Assembly: GCA_965178125.1 (NCBI GenBank) | Contig: OZ237745.1 | Span: forward strand, 744,001-808,000 | Direction of reading: 5' to 3' | DNA: 64,000 bases | Source: Bilabrum cf. latius | Lineage: Eukaryota | Program-made: the position numbers and the translations under genes | The notes under the pieces: model-generated | Told to the model about the DNA's origin: nothing | The model's input: only the letters and a program-made list of their open reading frames with translations | Database searches by the model: none | Part shown: positions 24,301 through 38,274 of the stretch, in pieces | Position numbering within the stretch: the stretch's first letter is position 1 | Layout of the letters: each line of letters opens with the position of its first letter

Positions 24301-27300
24301 TCGTATTCCGACTCGTCCTCGGAACTTGACGCCCCACGAGATCCGCGGAGCGCAGCCTGCGCCGCTCGCGCGAGACCCGCCTGCTTCCTGGCGTCAGCCA
24401 ACAGAGCCTTCGCTTCGTCCCTTTCCAGCTTAATGCCCCTCATACCTAGACCAGAGATGAGCTGATCGATGGCACCGTCCTCAGAGGCCTGCGCGGCCTC
24501 GAGCTCGTCGGATTCTCCACCAGCTCTCGTCGGGCTCTGAATGCCTACCGCTCGCGAGGCCGCGCTGACAAGCTTCACGGCATCGTCCCTGTCCTGGGGG
24601 CCCTGCGACAGGTGGCGGCCGGAGGCCGTGCGCAGCAGCTTGGCGGGCACTTCAGAGGCAGCCTGCTGGATGAGACTGAGTGTTTGTTCCCTGAGCGACG
24701 CGGCTGCGTCGGGGTGCAGGCTGCTGCGAGCTCGTCGCAGCTGTCTTCCGGCGTCAATCGCACTCATGGCTCGCTCTGCTCTTCGGGCACCCGGTGCCGA
24801 CAGCCCCTTCTTTGTGGCGGCTTCGATGGCGGTGCGCACCTCCTCGCTAGACGCCGCCTTGTCAAGCTCCTGCTGACGTCCGCTGAGTCTCCTGGACTGG
24901 TTGTACCGCAGGAAGGCACGGACAGCGGTCGTGGTTGGGGAGGTGATGCCTGCGGTCTTGACGTTCTTGGACGCTCCAGTTGGATCCCGGGTGACGTCAT
25001 CCTCGTCGTCCTCATCGCCGTCCTCAAGCCGCTGCATCCGGTGCTTTGCAACCGAGGCATCAGCGTCGAACAGGGCAGCGTCTCTCTCTCGCGCGCGATG
25101 AGCCCGGGCTTGCTTGTCTCTGCGAATGTCCTCCTCGTCCTGCAGGGCCTGCCGCGCAGTCCCCTTGCCAGAGCGGATGGCCTGACGAGTCTCCTTCAGT
25201 CGGAAGGAGTCGGAGTGAGGATCGAAGACGACCCCGTCCTTCTTGTCCTCCTCGTCATCTTCCTAGTCCGCGGCCTCTTCGTCCTCCTCGCTTTCCTCGT
25301 GGTCCACCTCAACGATCGACGGGATGCCGAGTGAGGCGCCAAAGTCCACAAGCTGCGACTGCGCCGGGCTATCAACCTTGGCGACGCTTCGCCTCGGGGA
25401 CTGCTTCTGAGGCAACGAGCCGTTCGAAAGCGTTGCCTGCAGCGTGCCCGGCGGTGCCTGTGTGGACAGAGCGCCTTCATAGGTACCAGCAAGGCCTTGC
25501 CTCACAACCAACTCCCTATACCCTGCGATTGTGACCGACAGGGTTGGGCTGAAGCCCGACATGACGTCGAACGCCATGCGGTAAGGGGTGCGGAAGGGCG
25601 CCTCCAGCGGGATGGGCGAGATGGAGTGAGTGAAATCCAGAGCGACAGAGTGACTCTCCTCCGGGCGGGGAGGCCTCACCTGTCCCGCACCGTCCTTCGC
25701 CACCTCCTTGCTTCGGGTCAGCACGGTTGGCCTGGGCTGCCCCCTCGGCGTGCTGCCGTCAGGTGCTGGCATCTCCGTTGGGTTGACCGTCGGGATGCAC
25801 GACGTATGACCCCAAGCAAGGATCGATCCGGAACTGACAGCCACCGAATGCCGCCACCCGCAAGCCACATCCTGCACCATGTGGCCAAGGAGCGCCCGCA
25901 CCAGCTACGGCTTCGACCGGTCTTCAAAGTCACCCAGACCCAGCTGGCCGAAGTGATTCGATCCCCAGGACCAGGTTACACCGCCATCCGTGTAGATCAC
26001 CACGTGCCTGCCACCCACTGCAAAGCCCTTGCACGGGCCGTAGTAGTGCTCCCGCTCCCAGGCAGCCCGGCGAGGGTCGGACGCCACAAGTGCAGACGAA
26101 GTACCCCCGCTATCGTCGCCTGTAGCGTCCTTGTAGTGCTGGTCCATCTGCTTGCGGACGATCTCCGCCTCGCGCATCGATTGCTCGCCCCAGCCCGTGC
26201 CAGCAAGATCATCGGCACGCTCGATCGTCCGCCTGGCCTTGTGCGTCTAACCAGCGACATATTGCTCAGAAAGGGGCCACCGGGGAGTGTCAGCATAGTC
26301 GGGCAACATGGCGCGGCTCCGCTTTTCGGCCTCCGCACGCGCTGCTGCCTCCGCCGCTGCCCGTTTCCTGGCCTGCGGCGAGGTCGAGAGTGGCATGTCA
26401 AGCCTTGCCGCCTCAGAGGCCGTTGGTGCCATGCTCAGCACAGCATCAGCCGCAGTCTGTCGCTGACCCACGGCAGACTCTGGGTGTCCGGCGGCACGAG
26501 CTGCCTTGTGGTCGATGTGCTGCGCCAGCTGGTGGCTCAGCATGGCCTGGCGCTACCTGCTCGCGTGATCTCTTCTAGCCGAAAAACGCACCTCGTTTGA
26601 CGGGGAGTGCATCTCATCGGCGTCGCCACCGGGTGTGGTGGTGACCATCGTGCCTGCCGTGCTGGACATGCCGGCGGTGGCACCCCCTTGGCTTGCACTC
26701 GCGTACACAAGCCCCGGAGACTGATGCGAAGCATTGGCTCTCACGAAACCGCGTGATGATGCGCGCAGCGCATGCTGTTTGGCCTTCTCTTTTGCCACCT
26801 CTTTCTCCTTTGAAACCGCCTCCTGAGGCGGCCACACGAGCGCGGGCTCCAGCACGATCCTGGATTCTCGACCGATGCCGCACTAGCCCCTCGTGTTGTT
26901 GCCCCAAGAGAACACGCGGCCCTGCAGAGTCAATGCAATAGAGAAGCCCCACCCGCACTGCACCTTCTTGACCATTTGGGTCCTCAATACGCGAATCTGC
27001 CGGGGCTCAAGCGTGTCTACCATCACGTCAGGATGGATGACGTTGTCAGTGAGCTGGCCGGGGGCGTTGCCTGCCCCCGCGTACTTGCCGAGCTCAGACT
27101 TCTTCACCTTCCTGCCAGAGTAGTCGAACCGTTTCAGCGGCGTTGTGGATGTCTTCAGCTGCTCGCGGACCATGGGCACGATCGATGACGCGGCGGTCTC
27201 GCGGGTACGAGCTCCACCATGCTTGCGCATGCGCTGCGCGGCCGAGCGGGTCAGCTTGGGGCCCTTCCAGTTCTCTACCGTCGAATCGCCCGCAAATGCA

Positions 27301-30300
27301 GCCTCTGCCATAATAGAAGCGGCCTGCTTGTCCTGCTCCAGATAGCTCTCCGTAGAAAGAGTGAATCCCGTCGACTTGGCCATGTCAGCACGGCGACCGG
27401 CGTCGCCCTGCGCGGCCGCTCGCTTGGCGATGGTGATCCTGTCTCGCCCGTGCCCGCAAGCCTCCCACGCACCCCACGAAAATACGAGGCCTTGAGCGGT
27501 CACCGCCACGGAATGCTGCGGACCGCACGCGATCTGCGTCACGTTCTTCCCCGATAGAATCGGGACAGGCTGGGGATCAAAGCAGCTTGACGTGTGCCCC
27601 ACCCCTAGTTGCCCCCTCGAGTTGGCTCCCCACGCCCACAGAACCTTATCGTCCGTGAGAGCGAGCGTGTGGTCGGAACCGGCGGCCACCTGCCTGACTT
27701 TCCTGCCCTCGCTGAGCTGGATCAGCGGAACCTTCTGTTCCCCCGGCAAGTACCGAAGCGACTCAATCATCACCGGTGTCTGGTTGCCTTCCATCCTACG
27801 GGGTTTCCACATGAACTTCGTGGAAGTGGTGGACCTTGCCTGAGGCAAAGGAGCACGGAAGCTGCGGCTGCGCTTGCCCTTTAACTGCCGGTTGCGTGAC
27901 CGTGGCTCCACGATCCCGCGCTCCTCATCTTCCAACCGCTCCAGTGCGCGGGTCTGCAGCCGTGCCGCCGTGGTAGAGACGCGCCTGCTTCGCTCACCGC
28001 TGGGACTCCTGCCACCTCGAGGCGTGACTACTCCTGTGGATGGGGTAGCACCGCTTCTTCCTCTCTTTTCCAGCATAGCCAGCCTTTCTTGCGGCGTTTT
28101 CACTACGCCGATCTCCTCTGCCCACGCCCTGTGACGATCCAGCGCCACATGGGAGAGGCCTCGGGTGGACCCATAGGACCCGTCAGCCGCCCCGCGGTTC
28201 CATGCGCCCCCACTCGGAGCAGACGCGCGGGTGAACTTCATGTGTCCGGGCCCCAGAGTCGGCTTGCGCTGCGCCTCGGCAATTTGTCTCTCAAAGGACT
28301 CAATCTCGGGGGAGATGGCCAGCCTCTGTCTTGGCCGACCCGATGTTGCCGCCGCCAGCCTGCCGCGAGGCGTAGCTAGCTCCTTCTGGGCCGAGCTGCC
28401 GAATACCCCAGTCGGTGTCATACCACCAGGTGAAGAACTCCTCCTTGTGGGAGACGTGGGCAGCGCGCCTGTCGTGAGGCCAACGGATGCGCCTCGAGAC
28501 GCCGTCAGCTCCTGCAGTGCTTTGCTCCGCATCGGGCGCCGGGAGCCCCGCCTCTAGCGCTTGCGGCTGCCGCTTCGAACGGAAGAGCCAGCTGCACTGC
28601 CAACTTCAATAGACAGTCCCAGGCCCTGCGCCTTGCGAGCCGCGGGAGACACGGGAGACCCAGCTGTCGCCGAGATCAGCTCCTCCAGACGGCTGGGTGG
28701 CGCTGCCCTCTAGCCGCCCATGCGACGTCCGGACGGACCGTCTGCCTCGTCGCTGGAGTACTTTGACTCCCCACCGGAGAGGCCATATGCAGGCAGACCG
28801 TCTTCTTCAAGCGCGACTCGCTCGAAACCCCAGCCGCATTGTCCCATGTCGTTCCAGCCGAACGAGTAGCACTGCCCCTCTGACGTCAGAATGATCGTGT
28901 GATGCACCCCGGTGGCGACCTGCAAGATGCGCTGGCCCCTCCGACGGAGCACCGCATCCAGGTCTGACACTGCCCTGGTCCACCCGTACTCCTTGTACGC
29001 GTCGTTGTCCTGCCCGATAACGTCCACGTCCAGCACAAACGCATCGGTTGACAAGTAGTTCTTGTGGGCCACGTGGTCCTCATCACGCTCGTACTTGGGC
29101 GCCATGCCAGCGAAAGGACGACCCCACTTGTCCTTCACGTCCTTGCCCTGCGCCTGCTCGGCCATCCTCTTCCTGAGACGCTTGTGCTTGGCAGCATTGA
29201 TGCGAGCGACGCGACGGAGGTGTGCAACGAGCTAAGAGGCCTCTCTCTCCCTGGCCGCCTTGGTTCGCCAGGCCTCGCGAGCCAGCAGCTTCTTCTCGTG
29301 CGACAGGCGGACTCCGCGCCTTGACAGGAAAGTCTTTGAGGCGCGTTGCACCGCGATGGCAGCCGACCGCAGCACACGAAGGCCGCGCCAGTACAGCTGC
29401 CCCTTGAACCACTGCTGCACGCGGGAGGCTGCACGCCGAAGTGCCAGGAAAGCTTCTCGAACCGCCCTACCCCGGGCCAGGGCCTGCAGCTTGATCACCC
29501 GCCCAACAACAAGTCGAGCCAACACCCGCTTTCGGACGAGTCGGACCAGGCCACGGTTGGCGGTGCGGAAACGATACCCCCTCCAAGCTGCCTGCATCAA
29601 GATCGCGCCGTGCATGTTTGACCAGTACCGGTTGAGTCGACGAAGGAACTGCCGAGCCGCGCGCTGCAAGCGAACCACGGCGCCCCAGCGCTTCAGGAGC
29701 TCTCGCCTCATGATGTAGCCGATGGCCACCGCGTGCAGCCGACGGAGCGTCCTCGCAGCGCGGTGGAAGTCGCTTCCAGCCTTCCACCGACGGAACCTCG
29801 ACTGCACTGCCTGCACCGCTCGACGTACCAGACCGAATGCGTCCCGGGTGCGCCGCATGCGCCACACCGACGCAATCCTGACCTGGGCCCCCTTCACTTC
29901 CTGCAAAGCCAGCCACGGCCCCCTGCTGCGAGCAGCAGATTGCAGCTTCACGATCGAGCCTCGGAACTGCCTGTAGCGGCGTCGCTCCACGTAGCCCCTG
30001 GCAATGGTCTGGATCGTAACTGCAGAGGCATCCATGGCCTCATACCGTGCCTCCCGCAGGGCCTCCAACTCGACGATGGCGTCGCGGGTGCAGAACACGC
30101 GCGACTTGCCGAACACCACACCTTTGGTCATGTCAATGTGGGCCAGCTGGTCCGCGTACCCGCTCCACATGGACTGCACAAGCTCGCGGCACCGCTGCCT
30201 CTGCTTTTCAAGCTCGACCTCGTCCACAAAGCCGGCCTGCGCAGCCAAATCTGACGAGACGAGCTGCGAGTCCCCGCCCGCTCCAGAGGCAGCCTGCTGT

Positions 30301-33300
30301 TTGTCGGACAGCGTGCCTCGCTCGAACGAGGCTTCGGCGAGGGCGCCACCCTTGCCTTCGTCGATGCCTGCTCCATCAGCACTTTGCGGTGCCGTGCCCA
30401 CACCACGGGCCTGCAGAGCCTTTGACATAGCCGTAAAGCGGTCGGCGTCAGACACGCGCTTGGCCTTTGAAGGTTCCTCAAGCTTGGCACTGGCAGCGGG
30501 TTCGCTCCCGGTCTCCTTCTTGCCTGCCTGCGCCTGCGCCTCCTCGAGCATTGACTGGTTGGGTGCAGCAAGCACAAAGTGCCTGAAGAAATCCTCGAAT
30601 CTGGCGTGGAAGGCGTAGCCCACGAGCGGTGCCCACAGCGCTGGCACGATGCTTTGTGCCCGCAGCTGAGCCGCAACGCTGCGCGGGTTGAAGGCACCTG
30701 GCACTCTGTTGTGGTTGGCCAGCAAGCACCTTACGAACAGAGGCCGGGCTGCCTGGTCCGCGACCGCGTCCAGCATCCGCTGCACGGCACCGCGATAGTT
30801 CCCCACGCGGTGTGACGATGATCCCTCTAGCGCGTCGTCAGAGACATGCTTGCCCTGCTCCAGCATGAAGGTCTCTGGGCCCGCGAGGAGAGATGCCACC
30901 AGTGGCGACCTCGACTGCGAGACCACAGCTCTGATGGACCGGGGGCACGTGGTACCCCGATTCGCGGCGAGCAGTCCCTGTGCGTCATACACCGTCGCAA
31001 GAGAGGTGTGACGGACGTGAAACATGAGCTTTGCCTGGTTGGCTGGGGCAGGGGGTGCCGGCAGCCCTGCTTGTTGTGCGTCAACGACGTCGCGCTGCAG
31101 CACTTCTATCACCTCCTTCTTGTGCGCGTCGTCCAATGGAAATAGCACACCGGTGCGAGAGTGGGTCTGCAGCAGCTTCCGCAGAAGCATTTCGTCCTTG
31201 TACCGGGCAAAAATGCTTTGCTCTTGCACCAGCGTAAGCAGGCCAGCCGAGCTAGCTTCGAACGCGTCAAGCACCCTGTCGTTGTCGTCCACAGCCATGG
31301 GTGTGTGCTGCACACCCTCCTCAGCGTACAGGTCCTCGTGGGTGCGGATGGTTGCATTCACGAAGCTAGACTCAATCCGTTCCGCGGCCCAGTTCGTCAG
31401 CATCTGCTGCAGGCCGTTTCGACCGAGTCCGGTCGCACCGCCAGCGGGCCACGCCTCCGGTCGCACGATCACGCTCAGCGGCGCAAAGTGCTCCTGAGGG
31501 AAGGGGCGAGTCTCGTACCCCGGAAGATCTAGCACGGCCACGGCACGGATGTTGCTGCTGAGCTTCCGAACAGCCCCGACGGAATCTCCTGCCCTCCTGC
31601 CATCGGCACCCACATCCACGCGAGACGCCGTGCTGCTGTCCACGCCCTCTGGGCTGGAGGACATGGTAGCTCTGGCCGGCTCGCTTGCGCTTGTGAGGGC
31701 AGCGCGAACCACTGGGTGAAACGCGCCCAGCGCACCATTGAGAGTGCCGATGATCTTCTCGACCAGCTCTTGATACATGGCGCGAGCCAGCCTGTCGCGG
31801 CGCTCCGAGGCGCCGTCCACGTCGAGCCTGATCCAGCTGCCATCAGAAGTCGCCTTGTGGGTCAGGCACCTTAGCAGCTGCTTCGGGTCAACGTCGAGGA
31901 GGGCGGCAGCTTCAGTGAATCGGCCCGCGTCCCTGTGCAAGCCAGCCACCTCACGTGCCACGGCCTCTGTGCGGCGCCTCTGCTCCTCAGTGGCCCCCGG
32001 TGGCGGGCTGCTCGGCGCCTGCGGTGGCTCAACACCACCGGCTTGGCTGGACAGGTCGCCACCGGGAACGAAGGCGCATGCCCTCGAAGCATCCGTGGCG
32101 GATAGCTCCCCGCCAGCGGCAGCAGCGCCTCCTCTCAGCATCGAGAACTGCCTGGCCTGCTGCTCCGTCGTGAAGCTGATGTCACCGACGGCGAGGATGG
32201 CGGCAAGCACCCTCCACACGTCGTCCATCTCACCAGCGGACATGCCCAGCTCGTGAAGGGAGCTCTGCACCGAGTGGAACAGAGCGACGTCCGAGTCGGC
32301 CAGCCTTGGCTTGCGGCCAGCCTTGGCCGCTTTGACTGCTTCTGCAATCTCAGCGTCTGTCGGCGTGCCACCGAAAGCGGCGCCGCCTCCAGGCAGGGGT
32401 GGCGCAGCGCCTTCACCACCACGGGCCGTGTACCTGCACACGGCCGGAACGCCGGGGATGCGGAACCGTTCCCGCATCTCAGCCGGTGCTCCCTTGATCA
32501 TTGCATAAAACACGCTAAAGTTTCGCTCCCCAGGCGAGCAGTGCGTCACCCGTTCAGCGTCAACGGGCGTGACTTCCACCGCGGCGCCCACAATGTCCCC
32601 GGCGCGGCAGGCGGACGACAGAGGGTGTGGCGAGAGACGGCCCATCTCTTCAGAGCCCATGCCACCGTCGAACCCATCGGATTGCAGGCCGCCCTGTCCC
32701 CTCAGCGAGGACTCGTCGATAGCCTTCATTCCACGAGTGGCAAAGAACAGGCGAACAAGAACGCCCGCCCGGGACGCATACCCATTGGACAGGGTACTGG
32801 CACCCGTGAACGCCCGAAGGACGGGTCCCAGGCAGTGCAGCCTTCGGCACAGCAGCGCTTGCCCACGAGGGGCCGACACCTTGCCTGCATGAACCATGGC
32901 TGGCAATCGCTGCAGGGCAGCATCTCGCGCCTGGGCCCGGCTCGATGCAGTCCTTGCGGAAGTCAACGGTTGCCGTAGACCACCGGCCGCCTGGGCTTCG
33001 GCCTGCTCCTGCGCTGACTGCTCCTCCAGCTTCTGCACGCGTCGGGCCTCGGCGGCTTCTGCCTCCGCTCCCAGCCGTACTCTCCCCGACTGCGTGCGGA
33101 CGAGGAGGGATCGTCCGCTGGATGACCGAAGCAGGACGCTCTTCCTGGCTTTGCGGGCGCTCTTGGCAGCGATGCGGCTGTGCTGCAGACCAAGATCGCT
33201 CCATTGTGTGGAGGACTCCGCGATCGCCTCGAGACGAGGGCTCGTCAGCTCCACCACGTCGTCGTCCTCGTCACCGTCCGAGTCGTCGCCGCCGCGGCGA

Positions 33301-34818
33301 GGCGGCGGTGGGGTGTGGCCGATGCCGAATCGGGCGATGCTGGAAGCACGGCGCATGGGGGGCTTGGTTCCGCTGGCGCCGCGCGATTCTCTCGACGACT
33401 TGGCGGCGTCTATCTCAAGCTGCTCTGCGGCAGTGGGCAGCAGCTGCACGGTGCTGCGGCCTCTTTTGAGCGTAGAGCCGCCCTGGTCCATGGCATTGCC
33501 ACTGTCTTCAGGACCAGATGACTTGCCACTGTCCTCCTCCTCCTGAAGCTTCTTTGCGGTTGCCAGCGTCGCCGATTCGATCTGCCCAGGGGCGGCTCTG
33601 TCGAGGACGGGGCACGAGGCGAGGTACTCCACGATGTGGAGCAACGCCTCTGTTTTACCCGATCCGGATTCGCCTAGCAGCACGACGGACTGGTTCATCC
33701 TATCCCGGAGGAGCCGCCGGTGGGCGTCCTCAGCCACCGTGAAGATGTGCGGGGGGTGGCTGTGGCCGTCGTTCTCCTCATCCCCGCCCTCGCTGCTGGC
33801 AGCAAACCCACCTGCTGCAGAGGTTGGTTGCCCCGTAGAGCCGTCGGCAGGGTCCTCGTGGAGTGAGCTCAGGCTCGGCCCGAGGTCCCGCCGCACGGCG
33901 AGCATCGCCAGCGGGCTGTACAGCGAACCATGCTTGTTTCGGATCGCCTGCGATTATACGAGACGATGACGCAGACAAAACTGATGCAATGCAGAGTATT
34001 CGGCAGACCAATATTCAAGCGCGGCCACCGTAAACGAGCGCCTCACCTTCCCAGGGTTGACGGAAATCAGCACAGAACCGGAGTACGTGTAAATCAAGTT
34101 GTTTGCGAAACGCGTTCCTAAGTTGTGAAGCACTCCAGCCAAATGCGGGTAGGGAAGGTCGATCATATTGTGCACGCCGGGTGCAAAGGCTTGTCCATGC
34201 TCGCGGATTGGCTCGGGGTTGCACGGGAAGACCACCTCCTCGTGGCACGTGACACTCCGTCCCCCATCAAGCAGCTCGATCACCCAGCTGTCAGATCCCG
34301 TCTTTCTCGAAACCATCCCTGGCACAAACACGGGAAGCCGAAGCTACCGTGCGAGCTCAGGATTGGCCTCTTTGACGTTGATCCGTCCAGTTGGATCACG
34401 CTCGTCTTCTGCCGGCATGATCGCGGCACCGGCAGCGGTAGGAGATGTGTAGACGGTAGAAAGCACGCGTAGTGCTGGATTCGGGATCCAGACCTGCGGT
34501 ATTGTTGGAAGATTGGTGGAAATGCTCAAACTGACCCATCTGAACGGATCGATCGAACGGATGTACCTACTAGAGAACGCGATGGCGCTGGTGGCAATGG
34601 AAGATTCAATCGTACTCAACCATGCATATCACGTACAAGAAATGGTTCATCAAAGCCTTATAGTGCTCGGGTGGGGAAGCGGCCAGGATCGCGCGACAAC
34701 AACAAAATCTATCATTGTCGCAATATTAATCAAGAAACAACCTCACATGTGCTCCAACTTTGATATGCTTGGCAAGTTCAGCTGCTGTTGAAGTAGTTAG
34801 AGGCGGAGCAGACGCCAT
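21318..34818 (-). CDS. Giant unconventional myosin: motor domain, ~10 IQ-like motifs, RCC1 repeats, long low-complexity tail (~4,380 aa)
   Basis: Exons 34818-34747, 34493-34047 and 33947-21318. Eleven track ORFs share one frame and are joined by TAGs (13 in total). Motifs: VGAHVWI, VLHNLGTRF..NLIYTYSGSVLISVNP, HPPHIF, GESGSGKTE, ERNFSVFY, LDLPGYE, PLFVRCL, FGKSRVF, IQTIARGY, WGANSRGQLG. TGA at 21318. Confidence 0.85.
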
Positions 34819-34977
34819 GACGCCCGAAAAGCGCCAATATGGTGAAGCCACGCAAAACTCGCGGTTTGTTGGTTGCGACCGCCGCGTGGCACTGGTCGCC
34901 AAACGAGGTCGCACGAACCGCTATCGCACACGATCCAGGATATGGTGATTAAGGTTCACGAAGGCCCCGAAAATCAA

Positions 34978-37623
34978 TCAAATTCCATATAAAGCCTTGG
35001 TGTTCCTGCGCGTGGCGAGCAGTACCTACTCAACCTCGATGCCAAGCACCGCCGCGATGGCGCGCCCCACGTCCATCGCGTGTCCCGGGTGTGCCAGGCC
35101 CCCGCCCCTGCCCCTACCTCGCTTTCCTTTGCCTTTGCCCCTGCCCCCGCCCCTGCCCCTACCTCTGCCCCTACCGCCTTCACCTCGTCCATCCGAACCA
35201 CCGTCGCCCCTGCCCCTACCTCTGCCCCTACCGCCTTCATCTCGTCCATCCGAACCACCGTCGCCCCTGCCCCTGCCCCTGCCCCGGCCTCGCCCTCGCC
35301 CTCGGTCTCTACCGCCTGCCGCGGCACCGGCACCGGCACCACCCCCAGCTGCAGTCGCCCTTCCCTTCCCACGCCCAGCCCCCTCCTTGGCTTCACGAAC
35401 CAATGCCTCCGCATCCAGACCCTCTGGTCTCATGTGCGGCCCGTCGGTCTCGAGCACCAGCCTGTCAAGCGGAATGGCTCCTGTCCTGAGAGCACTTCTG
35501 GTTGCAACCGCCCGATCCGATCCGAACGTGATCCAGCCGGTGAGGCCAAAGAACAGGTTCGGCAGGGCTTCAGCGAACTTTCGTGCGTCGTCGGCACCTC
35601 CCGTGTAGCAGTGCAGGTGTATCCTGTGCTCTTTCGGGACGTGCTTGATGAGGATCTCAAGCGTGTCCTCCTCGGCTTGCCCGCAGTGCACAACGAGCGG
35701 TTTATTCATAGCCACGGCCAGCTATGCCTGCCGTGCGAATGCTGCTTGCTGCGCGGCTTTGGGTGACCTCATTTTGCCGTAGTCCAGCCCGGTCTCGCCG
35801 AGCGCCACAGCTCTCGGGTGCTGCAGAGCCGCAACTATTCGAGCTTCCAATCCATCGTTGTAGTATTTCGCGTGGTGCGGGTGGCAACCAAACGCTCCGT
35901 ACACGTGTGATAGCTTAAGCTGGTCCGGGTATACGGCAAGGGACGGTGCGAAGGCAGCAGGGTCGCAAAACTGAGCGACACAAGCCTCATACCGTGGGCC
36001 AAAGTGCTTGGCGGGCTCGAGCGCGTCATACGGAGGTGAAATCTTGAGCTTCTGCAGCACCTCGTCCAAATGAACGTGCGTGTCTACGACTCCCGCTGGC
36101 TTGGACCCGCCGACTGCTGCCGCTGCGCTGCTTGCTTTACCAGCCGCGGCCTCTGGCCCTGCCCCACCTCCCGCACCCTTCGGTGGTGAGGCTGGCAGCG
36201 ACGAGGTCTGCTCAGCAGGGGCGGCAGCAGCAGCAGCCGCAGCGGCAGCAGCAGCGACACGCGCTGCGTGGCCACCGGTCTCACTCGTCGGACCGCAAGA
36301 GCCTGCACCTGCACCTGCACCTGCATCTGCACCTGCTCCCGAGCTCGGCCCAAAATCTCGCATGGAAGCCGATCCATGTGCTCCAGAGGCCGCTCCTCCT
36401 ATCAAGAACCCGCCCTCCTCGACAAGCCCAGGGCCTTTGCTACTTCCGCTTGCGATGGAACTGGCACCAGCAGGTAGCTCCAACCCTTTGATACCCTTCT
36501 CTAGACCCAGCCCGTCTGACGCGTTCAGCACGCCTGCAGCCTCGAGTGCCTCTGCAGCAGCGATGGCCAGCTCGACCCCCGTGAGTGCAGGGTCCCTTCG
36601 TCGCGCCGTCTGACCCTTGGCTAGGTCCTCGAGCGGTTGCAACCGGAAGAATTCGATGGCGTTGTTAGCAAGCGCGGTCGATGCCTCGCCCAGGCCTATC
36701 CCCTTGACTTCTGCCACGGTTGCAACCACCTTGCTGACGTGCTGCGGCAGGCAGGTGAGTCGCGCACCTTTGCCTTTGCCCTTGCTGCCCTTGCCCCCGT
36801 GCTGACCTCTTCCTTGTCCTCTACCCCTGCCCCTGCCCCTGCCCCTGCCTATGCCCCTACCGCTCCCGTGTCCCGCCCCACCGCTGGCGGGGGTCCCTGA
36901 CCCCGCGCTTGTGCCCGCAACACCATCTGTTTGCTTCTCAGTTGCATCATCCGGTTTGTGCTCCGAGTCTGGGTGCATCCAAGGCGCGTCTGTTTCAACC
37001 ATGAGCCTGTCGATCGGGATGGCGTCCAGTGCCTCGCGCACCTGGGCTCCGCGCCTGGGCATGCACACGGTTCCGGTCACGCCAACAAACAGGCCCATCT
37101 TCACGTAGGCCTCTGCTTGCTTACGAGTTCCTGTAAAGCAATGCACTACAGTGGGTGGGAGTCTGCCATCAAACTCGCCCAATACCTTGACGAAGTCTGC
37201 GTGCGCGTCGCGCTCATGCAGAAACAGCGGAAGCCCAGAGAGGCACGCTAGCTCTAGGTGGGCACGGAAGGAACGTAGTTGGGCATCTTTCGGAGAAAAC
37301 ATTCTGTTGTAGTCCAATCCAGTCTCGCCAATGGCAACGACGAGAGGATCCGTAGCCATCTCGGCAATCTCAGAAATGGCGTGAGCATTGAAGCTTTTGG
37401 CGTCGTGCGGATGTATTCCAATTGTGCAAAGCACTGATCCAGCACCTTTGTGCTATCTACATATACTCAAACTTTTCCCGGAGCTCGATAGATGCGTTCC
37501 AGTTGCAATCAAACAAACTACTCCTTCTTCCACTGCACTTGAAATGATTTTATTCTCCCTATTCTTGAACGCTTTAGCTGTAAGGTTCACACCAATGTCT
37601 ATATGACCAGTTGTTTTGGACAT
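34978..37623 (-). CDS. Tandem double TatD-family nuclease (881 aa) with RG-rich inserts
   Basis: Domain 1: DIGVNLT..GIHPH..AIGETGLDY..FLHER..VVHCFTG..ETDAP. Domain 2: DTHVHLD..AQFCDP..GCHPH..LGETGLDY..HLHCYTG..ETDGP..ATRRNTKALYGI. TAGs at 37453, 35722 and 35026; TGA at 34978. Confidence 0.88.
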
Positions 37624-38274
37624 GACTTGTCTTTGTTGCCTTCAATTGGGCCGAGAACGACGCACAGGGTCACTGTGGTGTGTGACGATTGGTGCCAAGT
37701 TCTGAAGATGAATGACAGAAAATGCGTCGCGGATCACTGCACGGCATATAGTACCTACCCCCTGCAAACATGAGTGATCAAATCATTTGGCTAATCTTTA
37801 TGTAGTTTATCAAGAAATTTCCGCGAATTTCTTTCTATTAACGTCATGCTTTGCTTCGCAAGTTCAATCGCTTTCGTCCCCACTGTCTCACGGAGATGAA
37901 ACAGATCATGTAGTATTGACCACAAATTTCGTCAAATCATGCTAATAACAATAGAATTAGGGCGCTAACAGCCGTGTCATCTTGAGTTAGCCTAATGCAG
38001 AACCCGACAAAACGAGGGATCCTCATAGTCACGGCCAAGGTACCAGAAACATGAAGATTGACTCCCTCTAATAGAACATTATGTTGTTTCTGGTTGTGTC
38101 ATGTGCCGCCACTGCATGGATCGCCAGTACTAGAGGTCTAGCCGCCTTCAAGCAGCTTCGTCCGGTTCAACCATTTTGTTCTCGTTCTCATTTCGTCCCT
38201 GCCGGTATGTTGCTGCCTCGCACACGGTCTGGTGTGTTAACTGACCAACTAACCATCCAGAACTGTAATTTATA

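Noticed and set aside
35095-35390. GCCCCT-type repeats as a telomeric or CRISPR-like array
   Set aside because: They encode the Gly-Arg tract inside the TatD frame; there is no repeat-spacer structure.
37624-38274. Longer AT-rich intergenic region as an ncRNA or suppressor tRNA locus
   Set aside because: I could not identify a cloverleaf, snoRNA box pair or credible ORF by eye; tRNAscan-SE or Infernal is needed. No tRNA or rRNA was recognised anywhere in the window.
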